A stretch of 64,000 nucleotides of DNA, from NCBI GenBank assembly GCA_963667465.2, contig CAXXDN010000001.1, forward strand, positions 640,001 to 704,000, read 5' to 3'. Both the position numbers and the translations under genes were made by a program. Source of the stretch: Dehalococcoidia bacterium. Its GTDB lineage: Bacteria > Chloroflexota > Dehalococcoidia > UBA2979. Of this stretch, positions 37,932 to 47,395 are shown in pieces; position 1 is the stretch's first letter, and each line of letters begins with the position of its first letter. The notes below the pieces were generated by a model. That model worked only from the letters and a program-made list of their open reading frames with translations, ran no database searches and had not been told where the DNA came from.

Positions 37932-38669
37932 ATGGGCAGGCTCGAGGGCAAGACGGCGCTGATCACCGGCGGCGCGCGCGGGCAGGGCGCCGCGGAGGCG
38001 GCGCTGTTCGCTGAGGAGGGCGCGAACGTCATCCTCACCGACGTGCTCGACGATGACGGCGAGCGGACTGCTGACATCATCGGCGGCACGTTCCTGCACC
38101 ACGACGTGACCAGCGAGGACGAGTGGGCGGCGGTCGTCGCGCGCGCCGTCGAGTTGCACGGCGGACTGGACGTGCTGGTCAACAACGCCGCGATCTACAG
38201 CCCGTCCCCGTTCCTCGAAACCGAGCCTGACGAGTACCGGCGGGTGATCGAGGTCAACCAGGTCGGTGTCTACCTCGGGATGCGCGAGGTCGCTCCGGTC
38301 ATGATCGAGCGCGGGGGCGGCTCGATCATCAATATCTCCTCGGGCGCGGGCATGCGCGCCGGCTCCAGCGGGTTCGCCTACGCGGCGAGCAAGTGGGCGG
38401 TGCGGGGCATGACGAAGTCGGCCGCTGTGCAACTCGGCCCGCACGGCATCCGCGTCAACTCGATCCATCCCGGCCTGATCGATACGGTGATGCTGGGTCA
38501 GACCCGGATCGTCCAGCGGGGCAACCTCGACGCGGCGGTGGAGCGTATCCCGCTGCGCCGGGTTGGCCAGCCCGAGGAGGTCGCGAGACTCGCGCTCTTC
38601 CTCGCCTCGGACGAGAGCGCCTACAGCACCGGCTCCGAGTTCATCGTGGACGGCGGCGCGCTGGCCTGA
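37932..38669 (+). CDS. SDR, tandem copy 2
   Basis: Same scaffold, YAASK; 738 bp. Confidence 0.92.
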   Translation: MGRLEGKTALITGGARGQGAAEAALFAEEGANVILTDVLDDDGERTADIIGGTFLHHDVTSEDEWAAVVARAVELHGGLDVLVNNAAIYSPSPFLETEPDEYRRVIEVNQVGVYLGMREVAPVMIERGGGSIINISSGAGMRAGSSGFAYAASKWAVRGMTKSAAVQLGPHGIRVNSIHPGLIDTVMLGQTRIVQRGNLDAAVERIPLRRVGQPEEVARLALFLASDESAYSTGSEFIVDGGALA

Positions 38670-38745
38670 CGCGCGCGGGCTGGCGGGTTGGACGCGTGGC
38701 GTAGCCTGCGCGCGGCGCATTCGCGTCGCGCGGGAGGAGGCCGCG

Positions 38746-39483
38746 ATGGACAGGCTCGAGGGCAAGACGGCGCTGATCACCGGTGGGGCGCGCGGACAGG
38801 GCGCGGCGGAGGCGAGGCTCTTCGCCGAGGAAGGCGCAAACGTCGTCCTCACAGACGTGCTCGACGAGGAGGGCGAGCAGACGGCCGCCGAAGCCGGCGG
38901 CGCCTTCCTCCACCACGACGTGACGAGCGAGGAGGAGTGGGCGTCCGTCGTCGCTCGCACGGTCGAGCTGCACGGCGGGATCGACGTGCTGATCAACAAC
39001 GCCGGCATCTACATGCCGACGCCCCTCGTCGGCGGCGATCTCGGCGACTATCGGCGCGTGATCGAGGTCAACCAGGTGGGCGTCTACCTCGGGATGCGCG
39101 AGGTTGCGCCGGTGATGATCGAGCGCGGAGGCGGCTCGATCATCAATATCTCCTCGGTCGGCGGTCTGCGCGGCGGCGGTGTCGCGTTCGGCTACACCGC
39201 GAGCAAGTGGGCGGTGCGCGGCATGACGAAGTCGGCGGCGGTCGCACTGGGCCGCTACGGCATCCGCGTGAACTCGGTTCACCCGGGTCCGATCGAGACC
39301 CCGATGCTGTACCAGATCCCGGCTATCGAGGCGGGCGGGCTCGACGAGACGTTGCGGCGCGTCCCGCTGGGCCGGGTCGCTGAGGCCGGGGAAGTCGCGA
39401 AGCTCACGCTGTTCCTCGCCTCGGACGAGAGCGCCTACAGCACGGGCTCCGAGTTCGTGATCGACGGGGGCATGACGGCCTGA
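38746..39483 (+). CDS. SDR, tandem copy 3
   Basis: Same scaffold, YTASK; GGAGGAGG RBS; 738 bp. Confidence 0.92.
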   Translation: MDRLEGKTALITGGARGQGAAEARLFAEEGANVVLTDVLDEEGEQTAAEAGGAFLHHDVTSEEEWASVVARTVELHGGIDVLINNAGIYMPTPLVGGDLGDYRRVIEVNQVGVYLGMREVAPVMIERGGGSIINISSVGGLRGGGVAFGYTASKWAVRGMTKSAAVALGRYGIRVNSVHPGPIETPMLYQIPAIEAGGLDETLRRVPLGRVAEAGEVAKLTLFLASDESAYSTGSEFVIDGGMTA

Positions 39484-39533
39484 CGCGCGCGCGCCCGAGG
39501 GCGTAGCCTGCCTTCCGTCGAAGGGAGGCCGCC

Positions 39534-40271
39534 ATGGGCAGGCTCGAGGGCAAGACGGCGCTGATCACCGGTGGGGCGCGCGGACAGGGCGCGGCGGAGG
39601 CGAGGCTCTTCGCCGAGGAAGGTGCAAACGTCGTCCTCAGCGACGTGCTCGACGAGGCCGGCGAACGGACGGCCGACATCATCGGCGGCGCCTTCCTCCA
39701 CCACGACGTGACCAGCGAGGAGCAATGGGCGGCCGTCGTCGCTCGCACGGTCGAGCTGCACGGCGGCATCGACGTGCTCGTGAACAACGCCGGCGTCTAC
39801 CGTGGGTCGTCGCTGATCGACTGCGGCATCGAGGAGTACCGGCTCGTAATCGAAGTCAACCAGATCGGCGTCTTTCTCGGGATGCGTGAGGTCGCGCCGG
39901 TACTGATCGAGCGCGGGGGCGGCTCGATCGTCAACATCTCCTCGGTCGCCGGAATGCGCGCCGGTCGCAGCGGCTTCGCCTACGGCGCCAGCAAGTGGGC
40001 GGTGCGAGGCATGACCAGATCGGCCGCCGCGCAGCTCGGCCCGCACGGGATCCGCGTCAACTCGATCCACCCGGGCGTGATCGAGACGCCGATGCTCGCC
40101 GATACCAGCATGGCCGACCCCGCCAACATCGCGGAGGTGAGCGGACGGGCGCCGCTCGGGCGCATCGGGCGGCCCGAGGAGGTCGCGCGGCTCGCGCTGT
40201 TCCTCGCCTCGGACGAGAGCTCCTACAGCAGCGGCTCCGAGTTCATCGTTGACGGCGGCCTGATCGCCTGA
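39534..40271 (+). CDS. SDR, tandem copy 4
   Basis: Same scaffold, YGASK; 738 bp. Confidence 0.92.
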   Translation: MGRLEGKTALITGGARGQGAAEARLFAEEGANVVLSDVLDEAGERTADIIGGAFLHHDVTSEEQWAAVVARTVELHGGIDVLVNNAGVYRGSSLIDCGIEEYRLVIEVNQIGVFLGMREVAPVLIERGGGSIVNISSVAGMRAGRSGFAYGASKWAVRGMTRSAAAQLGPHGIRVNSIHPGVIETPMLADTSMADPANIAEVSGRAPLGRIGRPEEVARLALFLASDESSYSSGSEFIVDGGLIA

Positions 40272-40277
40272 CCGCGG

Positions 40278-40658
40278 CTAGCGCCCCTCGGGGAGCTGCA
40301 GCAGCTGCAGCGTGTTGCCGTCCGGGTCCGCGAAGGTGGCGACGAGGCCGCCCCACGGCTCGGGCCCGGGCGGGCGGCTGAACGCGACGCCCGCCTCGCG
40401 CAGCCGGACGTGCTCGGCCTCGATGTCCTCGACGGCGAAGTTGATCATCACGCGCAGCGGGTCGCGGGCCGGGCCGCCGATAGCCTCGTGGACGGCGATC
40501 GTGAGGCGCAGGCCACCCCACTCGAAGTCGACATGATTCGCGCGGTCGGCGCGCGGCGCGAGGCCGAGCGTCTCCACGTAGAAGTCGCGCAGCGCCCGGA
40601 AGCGCGCCGCCTCGGTCCAGACGAGGACGCCGTTGACGGGGCCGAGGCCGCTGCCCAT
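40278..40658 (-). CDS. VOC/glyoxalase family protein
   Basis: FYVETLGL, MINFAVEDIE, EPWGG..ATFADPDGNTLQL; AAGGAG RBS. Confidence 0.88.
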   Translation of the reverse strand: MGSGLGPVNGVLVWTEAARFRALRDFYVETLGLAPRADRANHVDFEWGGLRLTIAVHEAIGGPARDPLRVMINFAVEDIEAEHVRLREAGVAFSRPPGPEPWGGLVATFADPDGNTLQLLQLPEGR

Positions 40659-40698
40659 GGGGTCGCTCCTTCGCCCGCGATCGTCCCGGTGCGGCCAC

Positions 40699-41091
40699 GA
40701 GGGCGCAAGCGGTGGCAAGGAGGCCGCCTCCGGCTGCGCCGGCGAGCCCCTCATCCTCACTCTCTCCCGCCAGGGGAGAGGGGATCGGAGGGTCTCGCGG
40801 AGCCCTGAGGGCGCAAGCGGTGGCACGGAGGCGGCCCTCCGGCTGCGCCGGCGAGCCCCTCATCCTCACCCGTCAGGGAGAGAGGGGACCGGAGGGGCCT
40901 CGAGGGCGTAACAGCCGACCAAGCCCGTTGTCGGGCCGGCGAGCCCCCTCACCCCCGCCCTCTCCCCCAGGAGAGGGGGCCGGAGGGGGCTACATGGCTG
41001 AATGGAGCGGCCTCGAAGAATCCGGATTGGGGGCGTGGGGGGCGAAGCCCCCACAGAAGGAGGATCCGAGGGCGGGTGGGTGGGCTGAGCG
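40699..41091. repeat. Three tandem ~90-108-bp REP-like units plus one copy of the 29.3-kb module
   Basis: Units begin GAGGGCG at 40699, 40807, 40902 and end GGCGAGCCCC..CCTCA..GAGAGGGG..CGGAGGG; 41032-41091 matches 29311-29374. Confidence 0.8.
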
Positions 41092-41135
41092 GCGCGCAGC
41101 CCGCCACAGAGGGGACCGGAGGTGGAGGGCGCGGG

Positions 41136-42146
41136 TCAGCTGCTGCGGGGCTTTGGGCGCGGCGGTCGCCGCTTGGCGGTGGGGAAGATGTCGAGCTCGG
41201 ACTCGGGGGCGACTGCGTCGTCGAGGTGGCGGAAGGCGGCGGCGCCGATCATCGCGGCGTTGTCGGTGCAGAGCACGGGCGGGGGGATGAAGACCGGAAC
41301 CGGCGAGGCCTCGCGCACCGCCTCGCGCAGGCGGCCGTTGGCGGCGACGCCGCCAGCGACCAGCAGGCAGGCCACGCCCTCGCGCTCGGCGATCCGCGCC
41401 GCCTTGCGGGAGAGCACGTCCGCGACGGACTCCTCGAAGGCGTGGGCGACCTCGGCGGGCGGCAGGTCCGGCTCGGCGGCGACGCGCTGCGCGACGGCGG
41501 TCTTGAGGCCGGAGAAGGAGAAGTCGTCGCTGCCCGGCAGCCAGGCGCGCGGCAGCCGCAGCGAGCGCTCCTCGGCCGTCGCCGCCAACCGCGAGAGCGG
41601 CGGGCCCCCGGGGTAACCGAGGTCGAGCAGCCGCGCGACTTTGTCGAAGGCCTCGCCGGCGGCGTCGTCGCGTGTCCCGCCGAGGCGCTCGAAGCGGCCG
41701 TGGTCGAGCATCAGCAGCAGCTCTGTGTGCCCGCCGGAGACGACGAGCGCGAGCGCGGGCAGCGGGGGCTCTTCCTCGCCGAGCCAGTTGGCGCAGACGT
41801 GACCCTCCAGGTGGTCGACCGGGATCAGCGGCAGCCCGCGCGCCCAGGCGATGCCGCGCGCGGCATTGAGGCCGACAACGAGCGCGCCCGGCAGGCCTGG
41901 CCCCGCGGTGGCCGCGATCGCATCGAGGCGGTCCCAGTCGCACTCCGCCTCGGCGAGCGCCTGCCGCACCACCGGCAGCAGCGCGCGCAGGTGCTGGCGC
42001 GCCGCCACCTCGGGCACGACGCCGCCCGTTTCGGCGTGCAGCTCCTGCTGCGAAGCGACGACGCTGGAGAGCGCGCGCCGCCCATCGACGACGACCGCCG
42101 CCGCCGTCTCGTCGCAGGACGATTCGATCGCGAGCACCGTGGTCAT
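41136..42146 (-). CDS. tsaD: tRNA t6A37 threonylcarbamoyltransferase
   Basis: IESSCDETAAA, GGVVPEVAARQH, HLEGH, VSGGHT, DDAAGEAFDK, FSFSGLKTA, CTDNAAMI. Confidence 0.97.
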   Translation of the reverse strand: MTTVLAIESSCDETAAAVVVDGRRALSSVVASQQELHAETGGVVPEVAARQHLRALLPVVRQALAEAECDWDRLDAIAATAGPGLPGALVVGLNAARGIAWARGLPLIPVDHLEGHVCANWLGEEEPPLPALALVVSGGHTELLLMLDHGRFERLGGTRDDAAGEAFDKVARLLDLGYPGGPPLSRLAATAEERSLRLPRAWLPGSDDFSFSGLKTAVAQRVAAEPDLPPAEVAHAFEESVADVLSRKAARIAEREGVACLLVAGGVAANGRLREAVREASPVPVFIPPPVLCTDNAAMIGAAAFRHLDDAVAPESELDIFPTAKRRPPRPKPRSS

Positions 42147-42187
42147 GCGCTACAGGATATCGCGCCGACCGCTACGGTCCCGCCGCG

Positions 42188-44185
42188 TCACTCCGCCTCC
42201 GGCTCCGGCTCCAGCTCCGCGGCGGGATCGAAGGCCTCGATGCTTGTGCCGGTCAGGATGTAGATCGTGCCGCCGTCCGGGGAGAGCGCGAGCGCGCGGA
42301 TGTCGAGGAGGGCGGGGTGCACGAACTGGCGCAGGAACGCACCGTCGTCGCCGCTGGCGACGATGCGGCGGTTGCCGCGGTCGGCGACGTACAGCACGCC
42401 CTCGGCTGAGTCGCGCGCGATGCCTGCCGGCGTGTTCAGCGGCCGGTCGATGCCTTCGAGCAGCGGGCCCAGCTGCCTGCCGAGGCGGAAGCGGCGCGCC
42501 ATGTCGCCGACCAGCACGTGGAGATCGCCATCGACGATCAGCCGCAGCGCGCCCTCGTGCGGCGCGCCGCCCGTCGCCACTACGCCGGGCAGCGTTCCGC
42601 CGATCAGGCCGGTGCGCTCCGTGTCGAAGCCGTCGTCGATCGGGCGGTAGCGCCAGATCTCGGCGCCGAGCGTATCGAGGATGTAGAGGTTGCCCTCGTA
42701 CGCGTCGATCGCGTCGATCGCGCCCAGTTCGTCGGCGTCGCGCAGCGGCAGGGGGGCGGGTATCTCTCCGGGCACGAGCGCGAACAGCCTGCGCGACTCG
42801 TCGATCAGCAGCAGCCGGGAGGCCGCGGCGTCCCAGGCGATGACGCTCGGTCGCGAGGCGATCACGGTGCCGTAGCGCACGCCCGCGCGGTACGCCTCGA
42901 CCGCCGGCTCGCGCCCCGCGGGATCGATCGCGAAGGCACGCCCGCGATCGCCGTCGATCAGCCACAGCCAGTCCCCGCCGTAGACGAGGTTGACCGGACT
43001 GAGGGGCGCGGTCAGCGAGCCGGCGAACGGCAGGATGCGCCGCAGATCGGCGATCTCGACGACGCCGTTGATGTCGTCCAGTTGCTGCTGCACCCCGCCC
43101 TGGAGTTCGTCGATGCGCGGATCGTCGATGCCGACGGCGCGCGCCTGCTCAAGCTCGGCAAGCGCCGCCCGCAGTTGCTGGCGTTGCCACGCGATGTCCT
43201 CGTTCTCCGCGGCTGCGCCGAGGAAGGCGTTGGCGGCGGTAAGCCGCTCTTCGACCTCGGCCTGCGGATCGCCCTCGAGCAGCGGCGGCAGGTAGTAGGC
43301 GCCAGCCGCGGCGATCAGCGCGGTGAGCAGCAGCAGCCCTGCGATCAGCCAGCGCCGCCGGTTGCGTGGCGCGCCTGCCGAGCGGGGGCGGCGCAGGCCC
43401 GGCAAGCGCCGTCCGGACGGCGGCTGCGGAGCCGGCGAGGTGATGATCGGCGCCGGAGGTTCGCGGACGGCTGCTTCCCGCTCATCCGCGGGGCGCTCAC
43501 CGTCGGGGAAATCGATCTCCACCGGGGCGGGCTCGGCCGCGGCGTCGGACACATCGGCGATCAGCACCGCCGTCATGTCGTCCACCTGTCGGGTGAGGCG
43601 GAAAATCTCGGCGAGGGCGCGGTCCGGCTCGCTTCCCAGCGCCTGACCAATCGCCGCGGACCCGGCCGCGTCCTCGGCGGCGCTGCCGAGGATCAGGATC
43701 CGGGTCTGCTTGAGCGGGACGCCTGTGAACAGCGGCTCCAGCCGCTCGGCGCCGCCGAGGGGCTGAGCAGCGTCATCGCCCTCGGAGCTGATGCGGCGCA
43801 CGCCGTCGGGAGCGGCGACGTAGACGACGCCGGGGCCCGCCAGCGCGACCGTCGCGCTATCGCCGTGCACCGCCAGGCAGGTGACGCCGATCGAGACGCG
43901 GTGCTCGTGCAGCGAGCGGCTGTTCCACTCGGCCAGGTTGCGATTCGCCTGGCGCAGCGCGCGCAGCAGCCCGCCGGTGAGCGAGAGCGACTCGGCAGCG
44001 AAGAGGTCGGCGACGGCGCCCGCGACCTCCTGGCAGAAGCCGGCGGAGCGCTCGTCGGCGGGGTCGGCGAGGACAAAGAGGTGGACGCGCTCCTCGTCGC
44101 TGAAGCGCAGTTGCTCGGCGAGCCACGGCCCGTCCTCGCGAACCTCGCCGCCGACGATGGCGTAACGCCCGACCCAGGTGCTCAT
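42188..44185 (-). CDS. Bitopic membrane protein: degenerate PP2C-like N-terminal domain, TM helix, C-terminal NHL/beta-propeller (alternative TTG start 44227)
   Basis: LRALRQANRNL and DDMTAVLI; RRRWLIAGLLLLTALIAAAGAYY TM; NLYILD, LYVADRGNRRIV, IYILT blades. Confidence 0.7.
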   Translation of the reverse strand: MSTWVGRYAIVGGEVREDGPWLAEQLRFSDEERVHLFVLADPADERSAGFCQEVAGAVADLFAAESLSLTGGLLRALRQANRNLAEWNSRSLHEHRVSIGVTCLAVHGDSATVALAGPGVVYVAAPDGVRRISSEGDDAAQPLGGAERLEPLFTGVPLKQTRILILGSAAEDAAGSAAIGQALGSEPDRALAEIFRLTRQVDDMTAVLIADVSDAAAEPAPVEIDFPDGERPADEREAAVREPPAPIITSPAPQPPSGRRLPGLRRPRSAGAPRNRRRWLIAGLLLLTALIAAAGAYYLPPLLEGDPQAEVEERLTAANAFLGAAAENEDIAWQRQQLRAALAELEQARAVGIDDPRIDELQGGVQQQLDDINGVVEIADLRRILPFAGSLTAPLSPVNLVYGGDWLWLIDGDRGRAFAIDPAGREPAVEAYRAGVRYGTVIASRPSVIAWDAAASRLLLIDESRRLFALVPGEIPAPLPLRDADELGAIDAIDAYEGNLYILDTLGAEIWRYRPIDDGFDTERTGLIGGTLPGVVATGGAPHEGALRLIVDGDLHVLVGDMARRFRLGRQLGPLLEGIDRPLNTPAGIARDSAEGVLYVADRGNRRIVASGDDGAFLRQFVHPALLDIRALALSPDGGTIYILTGTSIEAFDPAAELEPEPEAE

Positions 44186-44323
44186 GTGGCCCGATCCGCT
44201 GGCCTGATTCGTGGGGAGGTTGCTCAAATTCGGCGCGCACGCCGACGGGGCGCCGATCGTGGCGCCCCGCCGTAACCATCATACCAGCGAGCGGAAGGCG
44301 AGCGAGGGAAGGCGCGGAGCAGC

Positions 44324-45586
44324 TCAGTTCTCGAAGCGGCGCAGGATCAGCACGGCGTTCTGGCCGCCGAAGCCGAATGAGTTCTTGGCGACGGTACGCA
44401 CGTCCGCGCTGCGCGGCTGGAGCGGGACGTAGTCGAGGTCGCACTCGGGGTCCGGGTGCTCCAGGTTGATGGTCGGGGCGATGGTCGAGGTGCGCAGTGT
44501 CTGGATTGCAGCGATCGTCTCGACGCCGCCGGCGGCCCCCAGCAAGTGGCCGATCTGGGACTTGAAGGCGGTCACGGGAATGCCGTACGCGTCCTCGCCG
44601 AACGCCGAGCGGATCGCTCGCGTCTCGGCGATGTCGCCGACCTCGGTCGCCGTGGCGTGCGCGGAGATGTAGTCGATTTCGCCCGGGGCGACGCCAGCGT
44701 CCTCGAGGGCGAGCTGGATCGCGCGCGCCGCGCCGGCGCCGTCCTCGGGGGGTGCGACCAGGAAGGTCGCGTCGGCGCTGACGCCGTAGCCGATCAGCTC
44801 GGCAAGCGGCTCGGCGCCGCGTCCGCGGGCGTGGTCGAGTTCCTCGAGCACCAGCAGCCCCGCACCTTCGGAGGGGGCGAAGCCGTCGCGGTCGCGGTCG
44901 AAGGGGCGCGACGACTCGCCCGGGCGGTCGTTGTAGGAAGTGGTGAGGGCGCGCATCGCGCAGAATCCGGCGAGTCCCAGTTCGGAGATGCCCGCCTCCG
45001 CGCCCCCGGCCAGCATCACGTCGGCGTGGCCGCGGCGGATCACCTCGCTGGCGTCGCCGATCGCTTGCGTGGCGGCGGCGCAGGCGGTGGTCACCGTGTT
45101 CGTGTAACCGCGCAGGCCGAGCTGGATGCTGAGGTTCCCCGCCGCCATGTTCGGCAACATCTTCGCCATGTAGAGCGGATCCACGCGGTGTCCGCCGCGG
45201 TTGAGGATCGTGCGCATCGCCTGGTCGGCGTGCGGCAGGCTACCGTTGCCGGTGCCGAGCACGGCTCCCGCCCGGTTGTCGTCAATCGCCTCGAGGTCCA
45301 GCCGCGCGGCGGCGATTGCCTGCTTGCCGGCGGCGATCGCGAACTGCGAGAAGCGCGCCATGCGGCGCGCGTCTTTGCGGTCCATCCACTCGTTGGGCTC
45401 GAAGTCGTGGACCTGGCCGGCGACCTTGCAGGGGTAGTCGCTGGGGTCGATCGCCGTCAGCGCGGTGATGCCGGACTCGCCGTTGAGCGCGCGCTCCCAC
45501 AGCTCGTCGACGCTGTTGCCGAGGGGAGAGATCACGCCCATGCCGGTGACAACGACACGGCGATCCCTGCCATTGCGTTGCATCAT
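44324..45586 (-). CDS. fabF: Beta-ketoacyl-ACP synthase II
   Basis: RVVVTGMG, TACAAA, SRPFDRDRDGF, SAHATAT, KSQIGHLLGAAG, NSFGFGGQNA. Confidence 0.95.
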   Translation of the reverse strand: MMQRNGRDRRVVVTGMGVISPLGNSVDELWERALNGESGITALTAIDPSDYPCKVAGQVHDFEPNEWMDRKDARRMARFSQFAIAAGKQAIAAARLDLEAIDDNRAGAVLGTGNGSLPHADQAMRTILNRGGHRVDPLYMAKMLPNMAAGNLSIQLGLRGYTNTVTTACAAATQAIGDASEVIRRGHADVMLAGGAEAGISELGLAGFCAMRALTTSYNDRPGESSRPFDRDRDGFAPSEGAGLLVLEELDHARGRGAEPLAELIGYGVSADATFLVAPPEDGAGAARAIQLALEDAGVAPGEIDYISAHATATEVGDIAETRAIRSAFGEDAYGIPVTAFKSQIGHLLGAAGGVETIAAIQTLRTSTIAPTINLEHPDPECDLDYVPLQPRSADVRTVAKNSFGFGGQNAVLILRRFEN

Positions 45587-45622
45587 CCGGCCTCCAGCGG
45601 TGTCTCCATCGCTGGCGCTAGT

Positions 45623-46999
45623 TTAGCGCAGGCCGAGCGCGCGATCCCCGCTTACGCCCAGCAGCAGCTCCCGCGCCTCGGAGACCGTGTAGAGGCTGCC
45701 GATGACGAAGACGGCGCCCCCCTCGCCGGCCAGCGCGCGCGCCAGATCGAGGGCGGCCGTGACGTTCGGCTGCTGCTGCACCACCGCGCCCGCCTCGGCG
45801 AAGGCGGCGGCGACCTGCGAGGGGTCGGCCGCCCGCTCCGAGGACGGCGGGGCGATGATCACGGTCTCGTTTCCCGCGAGCAGCGGCGCGGCCAGCAGCG
45901 GGACGTCGCGGCCGGCCAGCAGGCCGACCACGAGGACGTGGGGTTGGGGTAGCGGGAGCTGCTGCACGGTCTCCCGGAAGCGCTCCGCCGCGAGCGGCGT
46001 GTGCAGCGCGTCCAGCACCACCAGTGGGCGCAGGCGCAGCACCTCGAAGCGCCCGCCCCAGCGGACCGAGGCAAGACCGTCGCGCACGGCCGCCTCAGGC
46101 AGCTCCCCGCCCGCTGCCTCCCAGGCGAGCTCCGCCGCGCGCACGGCGGTCGCCGCGTTCTCCGCCTGGTGGCGGCCGATCAGCGGCAGTCGCAGTCGCC
46201 GGTAGGTGCGCAGCGGCGTGCGCAGGTCCAGCTGTTGCCCGTCGAGGCCCTGCGAGGTCACCCGCAGCGCGCACTCGTCCGCCACCTCGTGCAGCGTTGC
46301 CCCGACCTCGGAGGCGCGGGAGCGCACCACGTCGAGCGCGCGATCGCGCAGCGGCGCGGCGACGGCCGCGCCCGGCGCGCGGATGATCGCCGCCTTCTCC
46401 GCCGCAATCTGCTCGATCGTGTCGCCGAGGATCGCCGTGTGCTCCAGGTCGATCGGCGTGACGACCGCGGCCTCCTTTGCGGCGTCGACGACGTTCGTCG
46501 TGTCGAGCCGCCCGCCGAGGCCGACCTCGAGCACCTGCCAGTCGCAGCCGGCCTCGGCGCCCGCGAGCCAGCCGAGCACGGTCAGCAGCTCGAAGTAGGA
46601 CCAGCCCTCGGTCGCCGCGTCGTCCAGCAGCGCCCCCGCGAGGCGGGCGAAGGCGGCGTGGCCGAGCGGTTCGCCGTCGATGCGCACGCGCTCGCGCGCC
46701 TGGTGCAGGTCGGGCGAGGTGAGCAGCAAGGTGTGTGCGCCGGCGGCGCGCAACTGCGCCTCGACCAGCGCCGCGGTCGAGCCTTTGCCCTTGGAGCCGG
46801 CGATGTGGACGGTGCGGCGGCGGTCCGGCCGGCCGGCCGCTTCGAGGAACGCCTCGATGTGGCTGATGCGAAAGCGCTTCGCCTCGCGCGGGTCGCCGCT
46901 GCGCTCGTAGCCGCCGCGCGCGAGCAGGCCGCGCACAGCCTCGGCGTAGGCGGCGAGGGTCGCCTGGTCCGGGAGGTCGCCGGGGCTGGTCGTGCTCAT
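45623..46999 (-). CDS. folC: Folylpolyglutamate synthase/dihydrofolate synthase
   Basis: HIAGSKGKGST, TSP, FE.LT, EVGLGGRLDTTN, DLEHT.ILG, EKAAI, W.GRFE, GSLY. Confidence 0.93.
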   Translation of the reverse strand: MSTTSPGDLPDQATLAAYAEAVRGLLARGGYERSGDPREAKRFRISHIEAFLEAAGRPDRRRTVHIAGSKGKGSTAALVEAQLRAAGAHTLLLTSPDLHQARERVRIDGEPLGHAAFARLAGALLDDAATEGWSYFELLTVLGWLAGAEAGCDWQVLEVGLGGRLDTTNVVDAAKEAAVVTPIDLEHTAILGDTIEQIAAEKAAIIRAPGAAVAAPLRDRALDVVRSRASEVGATLHEVADECALRVTSQGLDGQQLDLRTPLRTYRRLRLPLIGRHQAENAATAVRAAELAWEAAGGELPEAAVRDGLASVRWGGRFEVLRLRPLVVLDALHTPLAAERFRETVQQLPLPQPHVLVVGLLAGRDVPLLAAPLLAGNETVIIAPPSSERAADPSQVAAAFAEAGAVVQQQPNVTAALDLARALAGEGGAVFVIGSLYTVSEARELLLGVSGDRALGLR

Positions 47000-47075
47000 C
47001 GCTGCGAGGATAGCCCGCGGCCCGCTTGCGGCGAGCCGATCTTCTCAGGTGGACACAGAATATGGTAGCGTGTGC

Positions 47076-47097
47076 TCACGAACTACTTGTTTCGTGA
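47076..47097 (+). promoter_or_regulatory. Putative TA operator palindrome
   Basis: TCACGAA-N8-TTCGTGA just upstream of the antitoxin start. Confidence 0.5.
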
Positions 47098-47116
47098 CCA
47101 CGGAAAGCGATGCGTG

Positions 47117-47395
47117 ATGACTACCTACAGTGTCAGGGAGTTCAGGGCCCGGATCAGCGAGATTCTCCGGAGCGTGGAGGAAGGCGAGGAAGTGATCATT
47201 ACTCGTCGCGGGAAGCCCTGCGGCAAGGTCACACCCGTTCCGCCCTCGCCGGAGGACAAGCCATCACTCCGAACGCTGCGCGGTGCCTACGCCGACGTGC
47301 TCCCCGACGCGACCTACCAGGACTTCCTGGACATCAAGTCGATCTGGGAGCCCCGCATGCCGCCCGGCGAGGAGGATCACGACCGTGCTGGATAG
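47117..47395 (+). CDS. Phd/YefM-family antitoxin
   Basis: SVREFRARISEILRSVEEGEEVIITRRGKP. Confidence 0.9.
   Translation: MTTYSVREFRARISEILRSVEEGEEVIITRRGKPCGKVTPVPPSPEDKPSLRTLRGAYADVLPDATYQDFLDIKSIWEPRMPPGEEDHDRAG

Noticed and set aside
37117-40271. Diversity-generating retroelement as cause of SDR variation
   Set aside because: No reverse transcriptase or non-coding template repeat in the window; differences are not adenine-specific
40699-40989. CRISPR-like reading of the tandem repeats
   Set aside because: Only three units of unequal length, repeats not identical, first two cores nearly the same, and no cas genes in the window
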